Assembly (NCBI GenBank): GCA_044222475.1
Contig: JBGANF010000103.1
Coordinates: 1 to 29,324 of the forward strand
Direction: 5' to 3'
From: Polyangiaceae bacterium
Lineage (GTDB): Bacteria > Myxococcota_A > Polyangia > Polyangiales > Polyangiaceae
DNA length: 29,324 nt
The position numbers and the translations under genes were made by a program. The first letter of the stretch is position 1. The number at the start of each line of letters is the position of its first letter. Below the pieces are notes generated by a model. That model was given only the letters and a program-made list of their open reading frames with translations, made no database searches and had not been told where the DNA came from. Below, piece by piece: positions 1 to 9,062 of the stretch.

Positions 1-480
1 GTGGACGGCGGCGTGGAGCGCGACTGCCCGCTGATCCACGGCGCGCCCTTGTCCGGCGCGCTCGGCGCGGGACCGGCGACCCCCGGTACGCGCTACGCGT
101 GCAGCAACGGAACCAACGTCGCCATCACGATCCTCGCCGATCTCGACTACGTCCCGCGTCGCTGCATCTTCGCTCCGCCCCCCGGCGCGGGCTCGTTCAT
201 CCGGCTCCGGTTCGACGGGCTCACCTTCGGCCGCGCGATCCATGGGCACCACGCGATCTCGGTCCATCAAGAGCGGGACCTCAAGGGCGCGCCGGTCACG
301 CTCGCGTTCCGCACCGGAGATCGCGATCTCGGCAAGCTGATCCACCGCGACGGCGACGGCTGGAAACCCTTCGAGCTCGACACGACCGAGCTCGCTGGCT
401 CGAAAGCGTCGCTCACCGTCGACGTGAGCGCACCGAACCCCGAGGCGCGCCTCTACTGCTTCGAGGCCGACATCCGATGA
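1..480 (+). CDS. Hypothetical protein, C-terminal part (5'-truncated by the window edge)
   Basis: Open frame from base 1 with GC3-rich codons. The TGA stop (478-480) overlaps the next ATG (477-479) as ATGA, indicating translational coupling. No family recognised. Confidence 0.75.
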   Translation: MDGGVERDCPLIHGAPLSGALGAGPATPGTRYACSNGTNVAITILADLDYVPRRCIFAPPPGAGSFIRLRFDGLTFGRAIHGHHAISVHQERDLKGAPVTLAFRTGDRDLGKLIHRDGDGWKPFELDTTELAGSKASLTVDVSAPNPEARLYCFEADIR

Positions 481-2147
481 TCCCCAAGAAGATCGGCGGA
501 ATCGATCACGTCATCGGCATCTGGATCGGCGTGATCTACATCGCGTGGCTGGTTCACACCGCGCGCTCGCTCGGGTTCGCCCGCGACGAAGGGTTCTACT
601 TTCACGCCGCCTGGGAGTACTCGCGCTGGTTCGACATCCTGTTCAAGCATCCAGCCGATGCGTTCAAGCGTGAAACCATCGACTCGATCTGGGCGACGAA
701 CCACGAGCACCCGGCGCTCATGAAGAGCCTCTTCTCGCTCTCGTACATGTACCTGTACGAGAAGTGGAAGCTCTTCGCCGACATGAGCACGGCGTATCGC
801 TTCCCGACGATGGTGATGGCCGGCATCGGCTGCTGGGTCACGTACCTCTTCGGCGCGCGCGCCTTCTCGCGGCCCGCTGGCGTGATCGCGGCCTGCGCGC
901 TCGCGCTCATGCCCAACGTCTTCTACAACGCGCACCTCGCCTGCTTCGACGTGCCGATCATGACGATGTGGCTCGTCTGCGTGTACGTCTACTGGCGCGC
1001 GCAGCAAGAGGGTGGCTTCGGCTGGGCGCTGTGGAGCGGCATCGTGTACGGGCTCACGCTCGAGACGAAGCACAACGCGTGGATCCTCCCCGCCGTGTTC
1101 ATCCCTCACGCCATCGTCGTCGCGATCGCTTCGAAGCGGCGCTCACCCCGCGGTCGAATCCAGATCCCGTCGAGCATCCTGTCGATGGCGATCGTCGGGC
1201 CAATCGTCTTCTACTGGCTCTGGCCGTGGCTCTGGAACGACACCCTCCCGCGCGTGCAGGAGTACGTGAACTTCCACTTGAACCACGAGTATTACAACAT
1301 CGAATTCCTCCACAAAAACTACTTCGGGCCGCCGTCGCCGAAGGCGTACGCGCCCGTGATGATCCTCGCGACCGTGCCGACGGTGACGCTCCTCCTCTTC
1401 GTGATCGGTGCCGCGTCGCGCCTGCGTGCGCTCGGACGACGGCTCGTCGGATCGTCGCGCCCAGTCACCGATGCGGTGCCCGCCGATCGCCCGACCGACA
1501 CGGCCCACACCGACCTCCTGCTCTTCCTCGCGTTCGCCGCGCCGCTCGCCGTGTTCTTCCGCCCGACGACTCCCATCTTCGGTGGAACGAAGCATTGGCT
1601 TCCCGCGTATCCGTTTCTCGCGCTGTTCGCGGGGTGGGGATTCCACCTCGTCGGCAACGCCATGATCGCCGCGCTCCCGCGGCTGAAGTCGGAAGGGCAG
1701 CGACTCGGCGCGCAGCTCGCGCTCGCCGCGTGCGTTCTGGTCGCACCTTACGCGGTGACCGCCCACTCCCACCCCTTCGGCCTCTCCGCCTACGTTCCCT
1801 TCGTCGGGGGGACGGCGGGCGGAGCGGACCTCGGCTTGTGTCGCCAGTTCTGGGGCTTCACGACGCAGAGCGTGGAGCCGTACTTCGAGGCGAACGCACC
1901 GCTGAACGCGCGCGTATTCATTCACGATACCGCGTGGGACAGCTGGCACCAGATGAGCTTCGAGAACCGCGTGCGGTCCGATTTGCAGCCCGTGTTCTCC
2001 CCCGCCGAGGCCGACATCGGGCTCGTTCATCACGAGCTCCACATGAACGAGGTCGACTTCCAGGAGTGGGTCGTCTTCGGCGACGCACCGGATTACGTCG
2101 TAACCCAAGATGGTGTGCCGATCGTGAGCGTGTACCGCAAGAAGTAG
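477..2147 (+). CDS. GT-C fold membrane glycosyltransferase (ArnT/PMT_2-like), 556 aa
   Basis: Start taken as ATG 477 (MIPKKIGG...) inside ORF 99..2147. Many hydrophobic helices, a DE acidic motif after the first TM (FARDEGFY), EHPALMK, and a soluble C-terminal domain. Confidence 0.8.
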   Translation: MIPKKIGGIDHVIGIWIGVIYIAWLVHTARSLGFARDEGFYFHAAWEYSRWFDILFKHPADAFKRETIDSIWATNHEHPALMKSLFSLSYMYLYEKWKLFADMSTAYRFPTMVMAGIGCWVTYLFGARAFSRPAGVIAACALALMPNVFYNAHLACFDVPIMTMWLVCVYVYWRAQQEGGFGWALWSGIVYGLTLETKHNAWILPAVFIPHAIVVAIASKRRSPRGRIQIPSSILSMAIVGPIVFYWLWPWLWNDTLPRVQEYVNFHLNHEYYNIEFLHKNYFGPPSPKAYAPVMILATVPTVTLLLFVIGAASRLRALGRRLVGSSRPVTDAVPADRPTDTAHTDLLLFLAFAAPLAVFFRPTTPIFGGTKHWLPAYPFLALFAGWGFHLVGNAMIAALPRLKSEGQRLGAQLALAACVLVAPYAVTAHSHPFGLSAYVPFVGGTAGGADLGLCRQFWGFTTQSVEPYFEANAPLNARVFIHDTAWDSWHQMSFENRVRSDLQPVFSPAEADIGLVHHELHMNEVDFQEWVVFGDAPDYVVTQDGVPIVSVYRKK

Positions 2148-2157
2148 AGGCGGTATC

Positions 2158-4008
2158 GTGGGATTGGGCTCCGTGTCGTTATCGCTTCGCAAGCTTCCGC
2201 CTGGCCACCTCGTGGCGGGAAAGTATCGCCTCGTCGAGCACCTCGGCGGTGGCGGCATGGGCGAGGTGTTCCGCGCGGAGCACGCGTTCGCCGGGCGCAT
2301 GGTCGCCATCAAGCTCCTGCGACCCGACCTCGCAGCGAGCGAAGACTTGGCGCGGCGTCTCTTCTTCGAAGCGCAGGCGGTGAACAAGATTCGCCACCCC
2401 AACATCGTCGACGTCATCGACGCCGGGGTCGCCGACGAGGGACCCTACATCGTCATGGAGTACCTTCATGGTACGAGCCTCGCGGTGGCGATCGAGAAGG
2501 AGGGCCACCTCGACGCAGCGTCGGCGGTAGCGATCGCGGTTCCCGTCCTGAACGCCCTCGAGGCCGCCCACGTCGAGGGCATCGTTCACCGCGACCTCAA
2601 GCCGGGGAACGTCTTCCTCGCGGCCGGGAAGTCGGGGCCGATCGTGAAGGTCCTCGACTTCGGGATCGCGAAGGCGCTCGGAGCGAGCGCGGGGCACACG
2701 AGCACCGGGCTCGTACTCGGTACTCCCGACTACCTGTCGCCCGAGCAGGCTACCGGTGACTCCTATGTCGACGGACGGAGCGACGTGTTCTCCGCCGGCA
2801 CCGTCCTCTTCGAGATGCTGACGGGGAAGCGGCCTTTCGAGGCCCCCGCCGCCATCGCGACGGCGTACCGCATCGTCCACGCCGACACACCGACGCTCGA
2901 CGGCTACGACGTGAGCGGCGCGAGCCACTTCGACTCGGTCTTGGCGCGCGCCCTCGCGAAGAAGCGCGAGGACCGCTACTCGTCGGCGGCCGAAATGGCC
3001 GCGGCGCTCCTGAAGGTGATGCCGAACGACGACGTCCGCGCGGCCTCGCTCGGCGCCCTCGTCACCCGCGTCGTCGGAACTCCGTCTCCCGAAGCAGGAT
3101 CCTCGAACAGCGTCGCGTTCGCCGCCACGGTCGCCGCGCCCGCTCGAGGCGAGACGCCGATCGCAGCGCCGCGCGCACCGCGCGGCGGCTCGAGCGCGCC
3201 GACGCTCGTCTCGAACGAGTACGCCGCCGCGCGCCCCGCGTCGACGCCGAGCCTCCCGGTCCGCGAGCGCTTCGCGAGCGAGCCCCAGGTGCGCTCGAGC
3301 CAATCGAGCCCGTCCGTGCGCGAGCGCATGGCGAGCGACACCGGCAGAAACACGCCGACCTCGTCTCGCAGCCGCGGCGAGCCGCCGACTCCGCTCACCG
3401 CGCGCGCCGACGCTCCGTTCAGCGCTCGACCGTCGGCCGCCGCCGGGACGAGCCACACCCGCGGGACGCTCCCGCGAGCGCTCTATCGCATGGTGGGCCG
3501 CAGTCACGGTGAAGCAGAGCGCGAGCGCGCCCTCGAGGTGCTCACCGAAGCTCTCGCCGAGAGCTACCGCAACGACGGCTTCAACGCGCTCTTCTGGTAC
3601 GAGCTCGGGGCAACCGACGACTTTCTCGCCGCCGTGACCGAGAAGCTCCTCCACCGCGATGCGAACGCTTGGCGGCGCATCGCCCGCGAGCAGTTCGAGC
3701 AAGAGCTCGCTCCGATGTTTCGCCCGATGCGCTTCGCCGACGTCGAGACCGCGCTCCGCCGCATCGGCGCCGCGCACGCCCGCGTCTTCGACTTCGGCAC
3801 CATCGTCATCCAGGAGCGCAAACCCGGGCTCGCGACGATTCGGTACGAAAGCTTCGGCGCGGCCAGCCTCGCCTTGCGATCGGTGCTGTGGGGGACGCTC
3901 GAAGGCACGTTCGCGTTCCTCGCCGGGCGGCCGGAGCTCAAGGTGATCGGCGGGCAGACCGCGTTCGCGAAGGACTTCGAGCTCGAGATCAGCTGGCTGC
4001 CGTCCTGA
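2158..4008 (+). CDS. Hanks-type Ser/Thr protein kinase with Pro/Ser/Ala linker and an uncharacterised C-terminal alpha/beta domain
   Basis: GGGGMGEV, VAIK, HRDLKPGN, DFG and GTPDYLSPEQ motifs are all intact. No TM segment. Start could be GTG 2158 or 2173. Confidence 0.93.
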   Translation: MGLGSVSLSLRKLPPGHLVAGKYRLVEHLGGGGMGEVFRAEHAFAGRMVAIKLLRPDLAASEDLARRLFFEAQAVNKIRHPNIVDVIDAGVADEGPYIVMEYLHGTSLAVAIEKEGHLDAASAVAIAVPVLNALEAAHVEGIVHRDLKPGNVFLAAGKSGPIVKVLDFGIAKALGASAGHTSTGLVLGTPDYLSPEQATGDSYVDGRSDVFSAGTVLFEMLTGKRPFEAPAAIATAYRIVHADTPTLDGYDVSGASHFDSVLARALAKKREDRYSSAAEMAAALLKVMPNDDVRAASLGALVTRVVGTPSPEAGSSNSVAFAATVAAPARGETPIAAPRAPRGGSSAPTLVSNEYAAARPASTPSLPVRERFASEPQVRSSQSSPSVRERMASDTGRNTPTSSRSRGEPPTPLTARADAPFSARPSAAAGTSHTRGTLPRALYRMVGRSHGEAERERALEVLTEALAESYRNDGFNALFWYELGATDDFLAAVTEKLLHRDANAWRRIAREQFEQELAPMFRPMRFADVETALRRIGAAHARVFDFGTIVIQERKPGLATIRYESFGAASLALRSVLWGTLEGTFAFLAGRPELKVIGGQTAFAKDFELEISWLPS

Positions 4009-4029
4009 AAAGGACTATGAAAGCGCTCG

Positions 4030-6339
4030 ATGTCCGAAGCTGACGCAGCCCGCGCTGCCGAGCTGAACGCCCCGCAGGCGGAGGCGGTCGCACACGTGCG
4101 CGGCCCGCTGGTCGTCTTTGCCGGAGCCGGGAGCGGCAAGACGCGCGTCATCACGTACCGCATCGCGAACCTCGTCGCGGTCGAGAAGATCCCCCCGTAC
4201 CGCATCCTCGCCGTCACGTTCACCAACAAGGCCGCGCGCGAGATGAAGTCGCGCCTCGAGAGGCTCGTGGGCGAGGCCCTCACGCGCGAGCTCTGGGTCG
4301 GGACGTTTCACTCGGTGTGCGCGCGCATCCTGCGCCGGTTCGGCACCGCGGTCGACGTGCCGTCGAACTTCGTCATCTACGACACGCAGGATCAACGCAC
4401 CGTCGTGAACCGAGTCCTCCGCGAGCTCGACCTGGACGAGAAGCGCTACCCCGCGCGCTCTCTTCTCGGCCGCATCATGAAGGAGAAGCAGGAAGGACGC
4501 GGTCCGGAGGAGATGGACATCGACTCGTACATGGACGAGACCGCGCGCAAGGTGTTCCGCGCGTACGAGAAGGCTCTTGCGAGTGCCGGCGCGGTCGACT
4601 TCGAGGACCTCATCGGTCGCACGCGGAAGCTGCTTCGACTTCCGAACAACCTCGAGGCCGAGCGCCTGCGCCGCCGCTTCGAGCACGTCCTCGTCGACGA
4701 GTTCCAAGACACGAACTTCGTCCAGTACGACCTCTTGAAGCTCCTCACCGCGGAGTCGCGGAACCTCTGCGTCGTCGGCGACGACGACCAGTCGATCTAC
4801 CGGTGGCGCGGCGCCGATCGGCGCAACATCCTCGGGTTCCGTCGCGACTTTCCCGACGCGCACATCGTGAAGCTCGAGCAGAACTACCGCTCGTCGAAGA
4901 ACATCGTCGCGGCCGCGCTCGCGGTGATCGAGCCGGCGATGGAGCGCGAGCCCAAGGAGCTCTGGACCGCCAACGACGAGGGGAGCCCGATCGACGTCGT
5001 CTCCACTCGCGACGAGCACGACGAAGCCGCGTTCGTGTCGCGCGCAGTCGCCAGCGCGCGCGCCGAGGGGATCGAGCTGCGCGAGATGGCCGTCTTCTAT
5101 CGCGTACATGCGCAGTCGCGCGTTCTCGAAGAGTCGCTCCGCATCGGCCGCATCCCGTATCGAATCGTCGGCGGCACGAAGTTCTTCGAGCGCGCCGAGA
5201 TCAAGGACGCGCTCGCGTACCTCCGCGTGCTGGTGAACCCACGGAGCGACGTCGATTTCCTGCGCGTCGTGAACACGCCCGCGCGCGGCATCGGCGGCAC
5301 GACGATCGAGCGGCTCCAGACCTTCGCGTCGGCGCAATCGATCCCGCTGACCGAAGCGCTGGGTCGGGGCGGCGAGCTCGCGGACCTCGGGACCGCGGCG
5401 AAGAAGAAGCTCGCCGCGTTGGCCGAGCTGCTCGCGAAGCTCAATCGAGAGATCGCCGGCAAGTCACCCAGCGACGTCCTGCTCCACGTGCTCGACACGA
5501 CGGGATACACCCTCGCGCTGCGCGAAGATCGCACCGTCGAGAACGAAGCCCGCCTCGAGAACCTCGGAGAGCTCGTGGGGTCGATCCGCGACTACGAGAC
5601 CGAAGCTGCGGCCGCCGGCGAAGAGGCGACCCTCCTCGGGTTCCTCGAGCGCGTCACGCTCCGCAGCGAGCAGGACGAGCTCGACGACTCGGGCTCGGTC
5701 ACTCTCATGACGGTCCACGCCGCAAAGGGCCTCGAGTTCCGCCTCGTCTTCATGACGGGCATGGAAGAGGACATGTTTCCGTACCGCAGCCTGAGCGGCA
5801 ACGGCGACGCGGACGACTTCGAGGAAGAGCGTCGTCTCGCGTACGTGGCCATCACGCGTGCGCGCGAGCGCCTCGTCATGTCGCATGCGCAGCAGCGCAT
5901 GGTGTTCGGCCAGTCGCGCTACGGCAGGGCGAGCCGCTTCCTCGAAGAGGTGCCGAAGGAGCTCGTCGAGATGCGATCCACGCAGGGAGGTGCCCGCAGC
6001 TCGTTCGCGCCGTCGCGCTTCGTCGAGCGGCCGATGCCGTCGTCGCGACGCGGTCCGTTCGCGGAGTTCCAGCACCCTCAAGACGACGCCGAGCTGAAGA
6101 AGACGATGGAGGTCGGCGGGCGCTACGTCGATCGCGACTTCTTCTCCGACGAAGTGCACGACGAGGGCTCGCAGGACCAGGAAGGCGAGGTGCGCATCGG
6201 TACTCGGGTGTGGCACGAGCGCTTCGGTGAAGGCCGGGTGAAGGCGCTGACCCAATCAGCCGACCCAGCGGTAGTCGCGTTCTTCCCCGGCTGGGGCGAG
6301 AAGAAGGTCCTGCTCCGATTTCTGAAGTGGAAAACCTGA
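4030..6339 (+). CDS. uvrD: SF1A DNA helicase UvrD/PcrA with C-terminal Tudor-like domain
   Basis: AGAGSGKT, TFTNKAA, DEFQD, GDDDQSIYRWRGA, LEQNYRS, TVHAAKGLEF and EEERRLAYVAITRAR motifs. C-terminal GTRVWHERFGEGRV. Confidence 0.96.
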   Translation: MSEADAARAAELNAPQAEAVAHVRGPLVVFAGAGSGKTRVITYRIANLVAVEKIPPYRILAVTFTNKAAREMKSRLERLVGEALTRELWVGTFHSVCARILRRFGTAVDVPSNFVIYDTQDQRTVVNRVLRELDLDEKRYPARSLLGRIMKEKQEGRGPEEMDIDSYMDETARKVFRAYEKALASAGAVDFEDLIGRTRKLLRLPNNLEAERLRRRFEHVLVDEFQDTNFVQYDLLKLLTAESRNLCVVGDDDQSIYRWRGADRRNILGFRRDFPDAHIVKLEQNYRSSKNIVAAALAVIEPAMEREPKELWTANDEGSPIDVVSTRDEHDEAAFVSRAVASARAEGIELREMAVFYRVHAQSRVLEESLRIGRIPYRIVGGTKFFERAEIKDALAYLRVLVNPRSDVDFLRVVNTPARGIGGTTIERLQTFASAQSIPLTEALGRGGELADLGTAAKKKLAALAELLAKLNREIAGKSPSDVLLHVLDTTGYTLALREDRTVENEARLENLGELVGSIRDYETEAAAAGEEATLLGFLERVTLRSEQDELDDSGSVTLMTVHAAKGLEFRLVFMTGMEEDMFPYRSLSGNGDADDFEEERRLAYVAITRARERLVMSHAQQRMVFGQSRYGRASRFLEEVPKELVEMRSTQGGARSSFAPSRFVERPMPSSRRGPFAEFQHPQDDAELKKTMEVGGRYVDRDFFSDEVHDEGSQDQEGEVRIGTRVWHERFGEGRVKALTQSADPAVVAFFPGWGEKKVLLRFLKWKT

Positions 6340-6376
6340 GGGGAAGCCTTAGAGTAGATGATGGTCTCACCCATTT

Positions 6377-6715
6377 TTGCGGTGTGACTCGCCTTATTGG
6401 GGGCCATTGGGGACGACCGGTAACGATCCTAGCGAGCTGATCCGCGAGCTCCTTCGAGTCTCGCGCGAGCTGGAGGCTTTGGCCGAGCTCGGGGACGAGG
6501 CTCGTTCGTCGACCGAGGTTCTGACGGCGGAGCGCGAGCGCATCCTCGCCGAGCTGCGGCAGGTCATGCGCGGAAGCGAGGCGCCGCCGCAGGTGAGCCT
6601 GCCACCACAGGTCTCACTTCCTCCCACCGGCGCCGGACCGAGCGGGATCAGAACAAGGTCGGGACAATGGGTAGCCCCCACCCCAAACCGGTCGCGACGC
6701 AAAGGCCCGCAGTGA
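6377..6715 (+). CDS. Small hypothetical protein (coiled-coil plus Pro-rich tail); start uncertain (6377 or TTG 6407)
   Basis: Amphipathic helical segment ELIRELLRVSRELEALAEL. A PPQVSL tandem duplication is encoded with synonymous codon differences. Overlaps the convergent gene by 68 nt. Confidence 0.55.
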   Translation: MRCDSPYWGPLGTTGNDPSELIRELLRVSRELEALAELGDEARSSTEVLTAERERILAELRQVMRGSEAPPQVSLPPQVSLPPTGAGPSGIRTRSGQWVAPTPNRSRRKGPQ

Positions 6716-7265
6716 CGATCTGAACGACCCGCAGCCCGCGCGGGTGACGCGCGAGCCACGCGAGGGGCACCCCAGCCGCGCTCGCGAGCAACGACATCCC
6801 GGCGAGCGCGCCCACCCCGTACACCAACAGGAAGCCGAGCCCGGCCGCCATGCTCGACGCCTTCGCCATCGCGATCGCGACGAGCGCGCCGCTCCCGGCG
6901 AGGCCGTGCATCGTACCGACGAGGATCGGCTGCATCGGCTTCGCCGCCGGACCGTGGGTGTGATCGGCGTGACGGCCGAGGATCATGCCGCGAACCCCGA
7001 GCACGACGAGCATCACCGCGACGCCGAGCTCGAACGCGACCGCGAGCCGCACCGGCATGGCGCACTTGAAGCCGTAGAGGATCGCGCCGACGACGAGCAG
7101 CACCGCCGCGTGACCGAGCCCCCACGAAGCCGCGTAGGCGAACGACTGCCGCGGCCCGCGGCGGGTGGACACGAGCGTCGACACCGCCGCGAGGTGATCG
7201 GGCTCCATCGCGTGGCGAACGCCAGCGAGGAGACCGATGAGGACGGAGAGGAGGGCGGCGGTCAT
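6648..7265 (-). CDS. Nickel/cobalt transporter-like membrane protein (NicO/UreH type)
   Basis: RHAMEPDH signature (NiCoT-type RHAxDxDH), WGLGH, His-rich loop HADHTH, GTMHGLAGS, about six TM helices. Confidence 0.85.
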   Translation of the reverse strand: MTAALLSVLIGLLAGVRHAMEPDHLAAVSTLVSTRRGPRQSFAYAASWGLGHAAVLLVVGAILYGFKCAMPVRLAVAFELGVAVMLVVLGVRGMILGRHADHTHGPAAKPMQPILVGTMHGLAGSGALVAIAMAKASSMAAGLGFLLVYGVGALAGMSLLASAAGVPLAWLARHPRGLRVVQIVTAGLCVATGLGWGLPIVPTLF

Positions 7266-7266
7266 G

Positions 7267-7300
7267 GGCGTGCTACGAAGGGACTTGTTCGTAGCACGCC
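7267..7300. promoter_or_regulatory. Perfect 13-bp inverted repeat, candidate NikR-type operator
   Basis: GGCGTGCTACGAA-(8 nt)-TTCGTAGCACGCC, i.e. GTGCTA-N16-TAGCAC, 1 nt from the transporter start codon. Confidence 0.65.
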
Positions 7301-7313
7301 GGCCGATCCCCGT

Positions 7314-8996
7314 TCAGAGAAAACGGCGCGCGATCTCGGAGAGGAGAACCACCCGCTCCGAGCCGTCGACCAGTCCGAGAAGATCGAGGTCTATGTCGAA
7401 GAGCGCCGCCGCGCGCTCGAGGAGCTGCGCCGCCTTCGGCTGAGGCAGCGGCGGGATGTGGCCCCACGGGCGACCGCGGAGGAGCGCGATCGGCGCGTCA
7501 GCCGGGACGCCGCCGCGCTGGCGCGCGATCGCGACCGCCGCGGAGATTCCGCCGAGCTCGTCGACGAGACCTTCGGTCTTCGCGTCGACGCCGGACCACA
7601 CGCGGCCGCCCGCGACGCGCTCGATGTCGGCGCGCGGGCGCTTTCGACCGTCGGCGACGACGCCGACGAACGCGTCGTAGATGCCGCCCATCTCGACGTC
7701 GATCGCCTTGCGCTCGTCGTCGGTGAGGGGCTTGAACGGATCCAGGAGCCCGGCGCGTGCGCCGCGCGTCATCGACTCGGTGTGGATCCCGAGACGCTCG
7801 AAGAGGCGCTCGGCGGTGAACCGCGCCGAGACCACGCCGATCGAACCGGTGACCGTCGTGCGCTGGGCGACGACGTACGACGCAGCCGCCGCGATGTAGT
7901 AACCGCCGCTCGCAGCGACGTCGGCGAAGCACGCGACGAGGGGCTTCTCCTTGCCGAGCTGGACGAGCTCGTGGTGCATGCGATCCGAGGCCAGCGCGCT
8001 CCCACCGGGCGAGTTCACGTGGAGCACGACCGCTCGCACGCGACGATCGGCGCGCGCCATGCGCGCGGCTTGGATCACGCGCTCGTCCATCGCGATGCGC
8101 TCGGGGCCTCCGCCGGAGATCGTGCCGTGGACCGGTAGGATCGCGATGACGTTCTGGCGGCGGACCCGCGGGAGGAGCGCCGAGGTCTGCCGCGCTACGT
8201 AGGTCGCGGCGTCGATGAACCACGGCGCGGGGCCTTCGCCGCCGATGCGCGCGGGGAGCTCGTCTTCGTAGCAGGCTCCGTCGACGAGGCCCTCGGTGAC
8301 CGCCGCGGCACCGCGGTAGGGCGCGCCGTCGATCCACGCGCGCGCGCGTGCTTCGTCGACCCCGCGACCTTCGGCGAGGGCGCGCACGACCTCGTCGTAG
8401 AAGCAGTCGAGGAGCCGCCCCACCTGCTCGCGCTGGGGATCGCTCATCGTGTCGCGCACGAGCGTTTCGCCGAAGCTCTTGTAGGCGCCTTGCGCATGGA
8501 TCTCGGCTTCGACGCCCGCCTTCTCGAGCGTGCGCTTGAAGTACCGCGTGCGGCTCGCGAAGCCGACCGGAGCGATCGTCGTCTGCGGCCCGACGAAGAT
8601 GCGGTGCGCGGCGGATGCGACGTAGAGCTCCTTCGTGTGGCCTCCGTGCGGAAGGAAGATCGCGGTCTCTTTTCCGGCCGCCTTCAGCTTCACGAGGACG
8701 TCGCGGAGCGCCGTCGCGGTCGCCATCCCGCAGCGCATCGCTCGGATCGTGAAGAGCACGCCGCGCACGCGACCGTCCTTGGCGACGAGCTCGTGCAGCT
8801 TCTCGAGGCCGTGGATCGACGTCGGGGTCGGCGAGAACCGGAAGAAGCGGGGCGGCGCGACGAAGTCGGTGACGGCTCCGTCGATGGTGACGTGGAGCCA
8901 ACCACCGACGGGGAAGCGACGCCGCAAGATGCGGAGCGGGATCCAGAGCGGGAGGAGCGACAAGCGCACCATGAAGTGGATCAGGCGAAACAGCAT
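7314..8996 (-). CDS. sppA: Signal peptide peptidase SppA (protease IV, long two-domain form, peptidase S49)
   Basis: GAYKS (catalytic Lys region), VNSPGGSALAS, DVAASGGYYIA (catalytic Ser), TGSIGV, GRVWSG...GLVDELGG. Confidence 0.93.
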   Translation of the reverse strand: MLFRLIHFMVRLSLLPLWIPLRILRRRFPVGGWLHVTIDGAVTDFVAPPRFFRFSPTPTSIHGLEKLHELVAKDGRVRGVLFTIRAMRCGMATATALRDVLVKLKAAGKETAIFLPHGGHTKELYVASAAHRIFVGPQTTIAPVGFASRTRYFKRTLEKAGVEAEIHAQGAYKSFGETLVRDTMSDPQREQVGRLLDCFYDEVVRALAEGRGVDEARARAWIDGAPYRGAAAVTEGLVDGACYEDELPARIGGEGPAPWFIDAATYVARQTSALLPRVRRQNVIAILPVHGTISGGGPERIAMDERVIQAARMARADRRVRAVVLHVNSPGGSALASDRMHHELVQLGKEKPLVACFADVAASGGYYIAAAASYVVAQRTTVTGSIGVVSARFTAERLFERLGIHTESMTRGARAGLLDPFKPLTDDERKAIDVEMGGIYDAFVGVVADGRKRPRADIERVAGGRVWSGVDAKTEGLVDELGGISAAVAIARQRGGVPADAPIALLRGRPWGHIPPLPQPKAAQLLERAAALFDIDLDLLGLVDGSERVVLLSEIARRFL

Positions 8997-9062
8997 GGGT
9001 GGCAGGCTAGCTCGTTTGGGGGGGCTTGCGACGCGGGGTCGATTCGACGCAATCTAGGGCGA

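Noticed and set aside
99..476. N-terminal extension of the 682-aa ORF (and similar extensions of ORFs 8490, 9026, 13742, 23748, 26948)
   Set aside because: The extensions overlap other real genes and are low-complexity. Internal ATGs with coupling, signal peptides or -10 elements give better starts.
2158..6339. Kinase plus helicase as an anti-phage defence system
   Set aside because: The helicase is a canonical housekeeping UvrD/PcrA with a Tudor tail. No nuclease, methylase or other defence gene is adjacent.
6340..6410. AT-richer gap after uvrD as an ncRNA or riboswitch
   Set aside because: Too short, with no recognisable conserved structure. Most likely promoter sequence for the small ORF.
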